Assembly (NCBI GenBank): GCA_037445915.1
Contig: JBBIJQ010000033.1
Location: 1-19,152, forward strand
From: Planctomycetales bacterium
GTDB taxonomy: Bacteria > 4484-113
DNA: 19,152 nucleotides
Reading direction: 5' to 3'
Shown: positions 1 to 6,390 of the stretch, in pieces
Layout: each line of letters opens with the position of its first letter
Numbering within the stretch: position 1 is the stretch's first letter
Notes under the pieces: generated by a model
What the model was told of the DNA's origin: nothing
The model's input: the letters and a program-made list of their open reading frames with translations, nothing else
Database searches by the model: none
Translations under genes and position numbers: made by a program

Positions 1-240
1 GTCTCGGCAGACGCGGAGCGGGGCTTGTCGTTCAGGATGGCCATCTCGCCGAAGCACTCGCCGCGGCGCAGGATGTTGAGCAACTTGCCCTTCTTGGTCA
101 CCTTGACCTGGCCGTCGGCGAGCAGGCAGAAGAAGCTGCCCGGTTCGCCTTCCTTCATCAGCAGTTCGCCGGCGCCCGCTGCGCGCCAGGTGGAGATGCG
201 CGCCACCTCCCAGATCTCGGCGTCCGAGAAGTCGCGGAAG
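1..240 (-). other. Fragment of a cyclic-nucleotide-binding (Crp-type cNMP) domain, high-GC segment
   Basis: Translates FFRDFSDAEIWEVARISTWRAAGAGELLMKEGEPGSFFCLLADGQVKVTKKGKLLNILRRGECFGEMAILNDKPRSASAE, with the G-E-x-FGE...PRSA signature. Hand-counted GC is 160/240 (~67%), against 121/240 (~50%) at 361-600. Confidence 0.8.
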
Positions 241-1034
241 AATTCCAGCGCGTACCGCAGCCGCTTGAACTCGATTCGCAGCGCGTGCAGGGTTTCAATC
301 GGCGCATCGGCCAGCACCGTTTCATAGGCGCGCACCTGTTCCTGGAGAATCTCCAATTCCTGCAAAATTGACTTGCGCATCAGCGAAAGGTTGTGGCGCT
401 GGGCAAGTATCTCCTTAAAGAGCTGAAGTTGGTCTTTGCGCTTTCGCCTGAGGAAGCGGTGTTTGCCTGTGTTCGGGGTAGGCACAGCGCCTGAAGGGTT
501 AAGCAGGTTGAACTCCATATCGTCGCCGCGTTTCTGTATGAGCTGGAGCATCCTCAAGTAATCGTCAATAAGGATGTCCAGTATGTGGTAGAGGAAAATG
601 ACGGATTTATCCGAGAACAGGAACAGGTCGCTTGGCAGATTCTGGGCGAAGAGCTTGAGGTAGGTGGGGATGGGGCTGCGGTGGAGCGTCATCACGAAGT
701 TTTCGCCCAGATAGATGTTCAGTTCGCTCGCTTTCAGGTAGTCCTGCCGGCCTTCGCGAAAGTAGTGGAAGATGAAGAACTTATAATCGCGCTCCTCCTC
801 AAACTTGGGCTGATACACGTCAGGGGTAATGCACTCCTCAACTACCAAGGGGTGGATGTCCAGCTTGATAAGGAGCAAGTCTTTCACCTGGTCAATAGGA
901 GCGTTTTGAAGATCCAGGTCTAACCAAACGAATTCCGGAGACTTAACGTGCTCCACCACCTCTTCCATGGTGCGGGGTTCAATTTCCTCCACCCGCGAGT
1001 CTATTATCCGAAATCCACGGATTGGTATTCGCAC
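1..1034 (-). CDS. corA: CorA-family Mg2+/Co2+ transporter, cytoplasmic N-terminal part. The frame stays open to the window edge, but the last ~345 nt encode unrelated CHAD-like and cNMP-binding fragments (probable chimera).
   Basis: Manual translation from GTG 1034 (alternative ATG 968): MRIPIRGFRIIDSRVEEIEPRTMEEVVEHVKSPEFVWLDLD...LDIHPLVVEECITPDVYQPKFEE...SELNIYLGENFVMTLH...FLYHILDILIDDY...LSLMRKSI. These match CorA motifs (WxD, HPLxxE, PK, LxxxxxxTxH, LDxxxDxY). No stop codon down to position 1. No GMN motif or TM helices are present. Not in the ORF track. Confidence 0.8.
   Translation of the reverse strand, partial: MRIPIRGFRIIDSRVEEIEPRTMEEVVEHVKSPEFVWLDLDLQNAPIDQVKDLLLIKLDIHPLVVEECITPDVYQPKFEEERDYKFFIFHYFREGRQDYLKASELNIYLGENFVMTLHRSPIPTYLKLFAQNLPSDLFLFSDKSVIFLYHILDILIDDYLRMLQLIQKRGDDMEFNLLNPSGAVPTPNTGKHRFLRRKRKDQLQLFKEILAQRHNLSLMRKSILQELEILQEQVRAYETVLADAPIETLHALRIEFKRLRYALEFFRDFSDAEIWEVARISTWRAAGAGELLMKEGEPGSFFCLLADGQVKVTKKGKLLNILRRGECFGEMAILNDKPRSASAE
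232..345 (-). other. Short CHAD-domain-like fragment
   Basis: Translates VRAYETVLADAPIETLHALRIEFKRLRYALEFF, matching the CHAD signature LHxxRxxxKRLRYxxE. Confidence 0.7.
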
Positions 1035-1040
1035 GGGGGG

Positions 1041-1070
1041 ATTCTAGCCCGAATCCGCCAATAGGCGCAA
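1041..1070 (-). promoter_or_regulatory. Putative sigma70 promoter giving a leaderless corA mRNA
   Basis: Minus strand reads TTGCGC-18 nt-TAGAAT, then 6 nt, then the GTG at 1034. No SD upstream of that GTG. Confidence 0.55.
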
Positions 1071-1132
1071 TGAATTACGCGCTAAAACCCGAAATGTGGG
1101 TATAACCAATTTGGAGGGCGTAACGCTTACTT

Positions 1133-1744
1133 ATGGCTGTTTTCGAAGTTGACGGGTTTGTGCCTGTTATCGGCGAAGGTTCATTCATTGATGAATCCGC
1201 AACCGTTATCGGCAATGTGCTCATCGGGCGCAGCTGCTACATCGCGCCAGGCGCGCGCATTCGCGGCGACTTCGGGCGCATTGAGATTGGGGACGGTACC
1301 AGTGTCGCCGACAACTCTGTCATACATGCCCGCCCAGGTGAAATCACCCGCATTGGCAGCCAAGTGACCATTTCTCACTGCTGCGTGCTGGACAGCTGCA
1401 CGGTTTTGGACTTCGCAATCATCGGCATAGGCTCGGTTGTCAGCAACTGGGCGGTCGTCAACCGGTGGGCTGTCGTCGCTGAAGGCTCGCTAATACGCAA
1501 CGGGTTTGAAGTGCCTGAAGAGAGGATCGCTGTCGGGGTGCCTGCCAGGCTTCTTGATGTAGCGGTTTCGGAAAGCTATAAAGAAGATTGGCGGCACTTC
1601 AAGGAGGTTTGCATGAAGCTAGCCCAGGAGACTTATCCGCGCACCATGCGCCGGATTGACTGGTGCTACCAGCCTCATCCCGTTAAGCAGGACATCCTCC
1701 CCCTGCCGCCTGCTATAGCTGCGGATACCGGCGGCTGTTGTTGA
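1133..1744 (+). CDS. Gamma-carbonic anhydrase family / CaiE-PaaY-YrdA-like hexapeptide-repeat protein
   Basis: Left-handed beta-helix hexapeptide repeats, IGNVLIG, IRGDFG, DNSVIH, VTISH, GVPAR and a C-terminal helix. GGAGG at 1113-1117. Confidence 0.92.
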   Translation: MAVFEVDGFVPVIGEGSFIDESATVIGNVLIGRSCYIAPGARIRGDFGRIEIGDGTSVADNSVIHARPGEITRIGSQVTISHCCVLDSCTVLDFAIIGIGSVVSNWAVVNRWAVVAEGSLIRNGFEVPEERIAVGVPARLLDVAVSESYKEDWRHFKEVCMKLAQETYPRTMRRIDWCYQPHPVKQDILPLPPAIAADTGGCC

Positions 1745-1913
1745 GTACAGCCGTCTTAGCTTGGAGCAGGCTATTGCCGCAAGGCTGCAAATTAGGCTAT
1801 TTCAAGGAATCCGTGGTTTGCATTGCTGTCTTCTAACCCGACATTTGAGGTAAGCGGCTCGGCCAAGGGAATTCCGAAGATAACCGCTTCCTATGCGGCA
1901 AAAGGCCGATTTC

Positions 1914-1924
1914 TGTGGTAAAAT
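1914..1924 (+). promoter_or_regulatory. Extended -10 promoter (TGTGG-TAAAAT) for the zinc-finger gene
   Basis: TGTG at 1914-1917 and TAAAAT at 1919-1924 predict a start site near 1931. No clear -35. Confidence 0.5.
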
Positions 1925-1930
1925 GCCCTG

Positions 1931-1956
1931 AGTAGTCTTCGGGCGAGGACGCTACT
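1931..1956 (+). promoter_or_regulatory. 5'UTR hairpin occluding the Shine-Dalgarno sequence
   Basis: AGTAGTCTTC-GGGC-GAGGAC(GC)TACT forms a 10-bp stem with one U-G pair and a 2-nt bulge. The 3' arm contains GAGGA and ends immediately before ATG 1957. Confidence 0.45.
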
Positions 1957-2511
1957 ATGCTCGTAAACGACAAATGCGTGGAATGTGGGGGTACGGGAGT
2001 TTCTTTTATTGAGGCCAGTTCGTTCCTGGGGCTGATAAAGAAACAGGTGCCAATCAACTGCCCATCCTGCGGGGGCAAGGGATATTCATTGAAGATGCCC
2101 TCCTGTAAATACTGCCGTGGGCGAGGCTTAATCGGGAATGAGCGGGAGGTCTGCCGTGTCTGCAACGGCACTGGCAGCGGAGACGACTTCGCCTGGGTAC
2201 CGCGCAGCCGCCTCAAAGCCGGCCACTCCTTCCAGCGCGTATGCCAGGTCTGCCGCCGCCGCACTTCCCACGAACTGCTTACCGATATCATCCAGCAATC
2301 TACTGTCGTAACATGGGAAGAAGAAGAGAGCCTGCGCCGGACCGAGACTACTGAGCGAGTTCAAGTGCAATGCTCGCAATGCAACGATACTTACTGGATT
2401 ATCGTCAACCCGGATATGCACCCTAACGAGACCACTCCCGAGATGGAAGAATACCTCGTGCTCCAAGCCCGGCTTCCGGACAACAATCCTGAGCTTCGCC
2501 AAGAACGATAG
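1957..2511 (+). CDS. Stand-alone DnaJ-type cysteine-rich zinc-finger protein with an extra C-terminal zinc ribbon
   Basis: Four CxxCxGxG motifs (CVECGGTG, CPSCGGKG, CKYCRGRG, CRVCNGTG) plus CQVC and CSQC. No J-domain HPD motif. SD GAGGA at 1945-1949. Confidence 0.85.
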   Translation: MLVNDKCVECGGTGVSFIEASSFLGLIKKQVPINCPSCGGKGYSLKMPSCKYCRGRGLIGNEREVCRVCNGTGSGDDFAWVPRSRLKAGHSFQRVCQVCRRRTSHELLTDIIQQSTVVTWEEEESLRRTETTERVQVQCSQCNDTYWIIVNPDMHPNETTPEMEEYLVLQARLPDNNPELRQER

Positions 2512-2584
2512 TCTTCTAATAACAAACGGTCTGAGCTTGCGCCTTGCCGTTGCTTCTGACTGCGCCCAGTCGTATTAGTTACAC

Positions 2585-3595
2585 GTGCTAGTAGTCGTTA
2601 ATCTAACCGCTGAACGGCCTGCTTGGGATCTGCCACCGGAGCTGCTCGCTAAGCTGCGTGATAGCTTCCCCGAAGTGGAGTTCCACTGGAATGCCGAGAA
2701 GCGCGATTACTTCCGCCGCGCCGCCGAAGCCGAAGTCATCTGGGGTTGGCAGCTTGGCGAAGACGTATTCCAGCTAGCATCCAAGCTCAAGTGGTTTCAT
2801 TCCTGCGCCGCGGGCGTAAGGGATAGCATCTTGCCGGGAGCAGTAAAGCGCAAGCTCATCCTCACAAACTCATCGGTAGTGCACGCGCCCGTTGTGGCGG
2901 AGCACGCGCTTGCCATGCTGTTCTCGCACTTCCGAAGGCTTCACGTGCTTACTGCGGCCCAGCATACGCACCGCTGGGCGAAGGAGGAGTATCAGGACGG
3001 CTTTAGGGGCTTGCGTAGCTTTGACGAGATGACCTGCGGAATCTTTGGATACGGCGCAATCGGTTCGCGGCTCGCCTCAATTTTGAAGGTGATGGGAAGC
3101 CGCGTCTTCGTTTACAGGCGAAGCCTTGTCCCTGCAAGCAACGCGGATGCCGTGTTCACTGATAGCGGGTTTGAAGGCATGCTGCCGCAATGCGACTTGG
3201 TGATTAACTTATTGCCGGACACTGCCGGAACCGAAGCCTTTTTCGACGCAAACAAGTGCCGCATGATGAAGCAGGGCGCTGTGTTTGGAAGCATCGGGCG
3301 TGGACGCACGGTTGATGAGCGGGCGCTTGCGATGGCGCTTGGCTATGACGAAAAGCATGGGAAGTGGGCTGCAAGCGGCTGGCTTTCCTGGGCGATACTT
3401 GACGTTTTCGTTGAAGAACCCCTGCCGCTTAGTTCGCCGCTGTGGTCGGCGCCAAACGTTACTATCTCGCCGCACGTAGCCTCGGTTTCGCCGGGATTTT
3501 GGCCCAAGGAATGCGGACTATTCGCGGCAAACTTGCGACGTTACTTGAATGGAGAGCCGCTGCTAGAGATGGTTGACATGGAAGCAGGATACTGA
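2585..3595 (+). CDS. D-2-hydroxyacid dehydrogenase family protein (NAD(P)-dependent)
   Basis: AGV, TNS, VAEHA, Rossmann GYGAIG, LPDT..T, catalytic GRG, LDVFxEEP and SPHVA. RR after strand B suggests NADP(H) preference (inference). Confidence 0.95.
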   Translation: MLVVVNLTAERPAWDLPPELLAKLRDSFPEVEFHWNAEKRDYFRRAAEAEVIWGWQLGEDVFQLASKLKWFHSCAAGVRDSILPGAVKRKLILTNSSVVHAPVVAEHALAMLFSHFRRLHVLTAAQHTHRWAKEEYQDGFRGLRSFDEMTCGIFGYGAIGSRLASILKVMGSRVFVYRRSLVPASNADAVFTDSGFEGMLPQCDLVINLLPDTAGTEAFFDANKCRMMKQGAVFGSIGRGRTVDERALAMALGYDEKHGKWAASGWLSWAILDVFVEEPLPLSSPLWSAPNVTISPHVASVSPGFWPKECGLFAANLRRYLNGEPLLEMVDMEAGY

Positions 3596-3637
3596 TGCTA
3601 CTTAGAGCAGAAAGAACTCCGGCAAGGGATTTGCGGC

Positions 3638-6262
3638 ATGAATAATGGGCGCATCGTTGAGCGCAATTTGCCCAACGGCTTGCGTGTGCTTATGGAAGCG
3701 AACTACAGCGTGCCTGTAATTTCGCTGAACGTCTGCTACCGTGTCGGAAGCAAATACGAAAGGCCCGGGATAACCGGCATTTCGCACTTCCTTGAGCACT
3801 TGATGTTCAAAAGCACTGTTAAGCACCCCAAAGGCGCGTTTGACCGCCTGCTAACGTCTGCCGGCGCGGACAACAACGCATATACCTGGCTTGACCGCAC
3901 GGTTTACCACGAAATTTTCCCGGCGGATAAGATTGACCTTGCGCTGGAGCTTGAAGCAGACCGGATGCGCAACCTGCTTATCCTTCCCGAAGAGCATGCG
4001 GAGGAGCTTGTTGTTGTCCAAAACGAGCTGGAACAGCGCGACGACTCGCCGTTTTCGCTGCTTTATGACTTGCTGCAAAGCGTAGCCTTCGCAGCCCACC
4101 CTTACGGCATTCCAACAATCGGCTGGCTTGAGGACGTGAAGAATCTGGCGGTTGATGACGTGCGCAGATACTACGATGCTTACTACCGGCCCGACAATGC
4201 TGTGCTAGTCGCCGTTGGAGAATTCTGCCCTGACGAATTGTTCGCCAAGATTGAACGGCGTTTCGGCGCAATCCCTGCGGGCGGCATTACGCTGCCCCGG
4301 CTGACGAAGGAGCCACCGCAGCGGGGACAGCGAAGAGTAACCATCCGCCGGGCAGGCAACAGCGATTATGTAGTCCTTGCCTGGAAAGCGCCGTCCAGCA
4401 GGAATCCTGATTCGTATGCGCTGGAGGTGCTGGCGAATGTGCTTGGCAGCGGGCGCACCAGCCGGCTCTCGCAGCGGTTAGTGGAAACAGGCAAAGCTGT
4501 CGGCGCAAGCGCATACAGCGGTTGCTTTGATTATGTTGACCCGCACTTGTTTGTTGCGCAGGCCTCCCTTAACGAAGGCACTAGCCCTGAGGAAGCGGAA
4601 AGCTCAATTGTTTCCGAGGTTGCGCGCATCGCCACCGAAGGCGTTACCGAGCGCGAGCTTGCCCGGGCAAAGAAGCAGGCGCGGGTTGCGTTTGTTTACC
4701 GAAAGGATTCCGTGGAAGCTGAAGCTGATTTAATCGTTACTTTTGAGATAGCGAGTTCATACACGAACATAGACAAGTACCTGCCAGCGATTGAAGCGGT
4801 AACATCGGCCGACGTGCAAGGGGTGGCGCTTAAATACCTGATAGGCGAGAATTTAACTGCTGGCTGGTATCTGGGCATCCGGGACGAAGGCAAGTTTGAA
4901 GCCAAGGAATTGGGCAACAGCGATCTGCAAACGCAGTCATTTCGCGCCCTCGCTCCACGCCGCAGCGCAGCCGATTTGCCTTCCCCAGTCGCCATGCCTG
5001 TCGCGCCCGACGGAGAGGCAACAGTTAGGACGCTGGCGAACGGGTTGCAGGTTGTTGTTAAGGAAAGCCACTACAACCCAACGATAGCGGTTGCAGGGCG
5101 GATTAAGCTTGGAAGTATATACGATCCTTCAGGCAAGGGAGGTGTGGCTAACATGACTGTACAGCTTCTCACTGAAGGAACCGTCCTGCACGATAAGCTT
5201 GAGATTGCGGGTATGCTGGAAGACAACGGCATGGGGATTGGCTACGAAGCAGGCCGGGAACGAGCAGGCTTTATGGGGAGAAGCCTGGCGGAAGACCTTG
5301 CAAAGCTGCTTGGGATGCTTGCAGAAGAGCTTCGCCAGCCTTCATTTCCCCAAGAGCAGGTTGAGTTCGTGCGCATCCAGACGCTCAATGGAATCCAGCG
5401 CGCGCAGGATGACACGTTTGAGCGGGCGTTCGACCTTGCGCGGAAAACCATTTATGGCGAAGGCAACCCCTACGCGGACAACCCTAGCGGAACTAAAGAG
5501 ACGGTTGCAGCGCTAACCCGTGATGATGTCCTCGCTTTTTACCGCGCTAATGTTTCGCCTGACCGCATTATCCTTGTCGTCGCTGGTGACTTGAAAACGG
5601 ACGAAACCATTGGGCTGGTTGAAAAGCTATTCGGGGACTGGCCAGCCGGTGAAACGCTGGATACAATGCCGTATGCGCTCTCGCTGCAAACGCAGCAGCT
5701 TGACGGGCGCGAAGAAACGATTGAGATGGCTGACCGTTCCAATGCGACTGTGCTCTTTATGAGAAGGGGAATTTGCCGGACAAGCAACGATTACTATGCT
5801 GCCAAGGTTGCTAACCATATCTTTGGCGGCAGCTTCATATCGCGGCTCAATGACAAGCTGAGAGTGCAGGAAGGGCTGACTTACGGCAGCTTCAGCTTCC
5901 TCGCTCCGGGCTTCGGAGCCGGCCCGTGGACGGTTTGCGTCCATGTCAATCCCGCCAACGCGCAAAAGGCGAAAGCAATGGCGCTGGCCGAATGGCGGGC
6001 GATGTATGAGGATGGAGCGACTGAGGATGAGCTTGAGCGCGCCAAGTCATACCTGACCGGCAACTTTGCCGTCCGCCTGAACACAGTATCCGCTATCGCA
6101 AGCCTGCTTGCCGATGTAACCTATTATGATTTGGGAATGGATTATATGAAACGCTATTCCCAGGTTATAAACGCCCTTACGCTGGAACAGGTGAACTTGG
6201 CATTCAAGAATTACATGGCGCCAGACGACTTCATATCTGTCACAGCGGGCAGCCTAAGTTAG
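3638..6262 (+). CDS. M16 family zinc metallopeptidase (pitrilysin/PqqL-like), two halves fused
   Basis: LPNGL, VGSKYE, inverted zincin HFLEH, NAYT and downstream ELVVVQNE. The second half lacks the zinc motif (ANMTVQLL) and carries the LRxxxGLTY R/Y pair. No signal peptide. Confidence 0.96.
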   Translation: MNNGRIVERNLPNGLRVLMEANYSVPVISLNVCYRVGSKYERPGITGISHFLEHLMFKSTVKHPKGAFDRLLTSAGADNNAYTWLDRTVYHEIFPADKIDLALELEADRMRNLLILPEEHAEELVVVQNELEQRDDSPFSLLYDLLQSVAFAAHPYGIPTIGWLEDVKNLAVDDVRRYYDAYYRPDNAVLVAVGEFCPDELFAKIERRFGAIPAGGITLPRLTKEPPQRGQRRVTIRRAGNSDYVVLAWKAPSSRNPDSYALEVLANVLGSGRTSRLSQRLVETGKAVGASAYSGCFDYVDPHLFVAQASLNEGTSPEEAESSIVSEVARIATEGVTERELARAKKQARVAFVYRKDSVEAEADLIVTFEIASSYTNIDKYLPAIEAVTSADVQGVALKYLIGENLTAGWYLGIRDEGKFEAKELGNSDLQTQSFRALAPRRSAADLPSPVAMPVAPDGEATVRTLANGLQVVVKESHYNPTIAVAGRIKLGSIYDPSGKGGVANMTVQLLTEGTVLHDKLEIAGMLEDNGMGIGYEAGRERAGFMGRSLAEDLAKLLGMLAEELRQPSFPQEQVEFVRIQTLNGIQRAQDDTFERAFDLARKTIYGEGNPYADNPSGTKETVAALTRDDVLAFYRANVSPDRIILVVAGDLKTDETIGLVEKLFGDWPAGETLDTMPYALSLQTQQLDGREETIEMADRSNATVLFMRRGICRTSNDYYAAKVANHIFGGSFISRLNDKLRVQEGLTYGSFSFLAPGFGAGPWTVCVHVNPANAQKAKAMALAEWRAMYEDGATEDELERAKSYLTGNFAVRLNTVSAIASLLADVTYYDLGMDYMKRYSQVINALTLEQVNLAFKNYMAPDDFISVTAGSLS

Positions 6263-6321
6263 TCTCATACCTGATTATGCAGGCTGCGCCTGGGGTATAA
6301 TTTGATAGCTTAGTAATCAGG

Positions 6322-6351
6322 TTGAAAATACGCTCCCGAATCGCCTATAAT
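6322..6351 (+). promoter_or_regulatory. Sigma70 promoter for the IPT/TIG lipoprotein gene
   Basis: TTGAAA (6322-6327), 18 nt, TATAAT (6346-6351). Strong SD AGGAGG at 6378-6383 before GTG 6391. A second TATAAT lies at 6296-6301. Confidence 0.7.
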
Positions 6352-6390
6352 CTCTGGGCTATATCGGGAATCCGATAAGGAGGAACCTGC

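Noticed and set aside
232..345. Functional link between the CHAD fragment and the CYTH gene (a known polyphosphate-related pairing)
   Set aside because: The CHAD piece is a ~35-aa fragment in a probably chimeric end about 15 kb away, so the association is likely coincidental.
25..923. Plus-strand ORFs 25..327 and 585..923
   Set aside because: Antisense shadows of the minus-strand CorA/cNMP frame, with no recognisable motifs.
1730..1800. Possible selenocysteine read-through at GGCC-TGA
   Set aside because: An in-frame TAG follows after four codons, and I see no convincing SECIS hairpin.
2482..2566. Degenerate direct repeats CTGAGCTTCGCC / CTGAGCTTGCGCC / CTGACTGCGCC
   Set aside because: Short, imperfect and irregularly spaced. 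Not CRISPR-like and compatible with chance.
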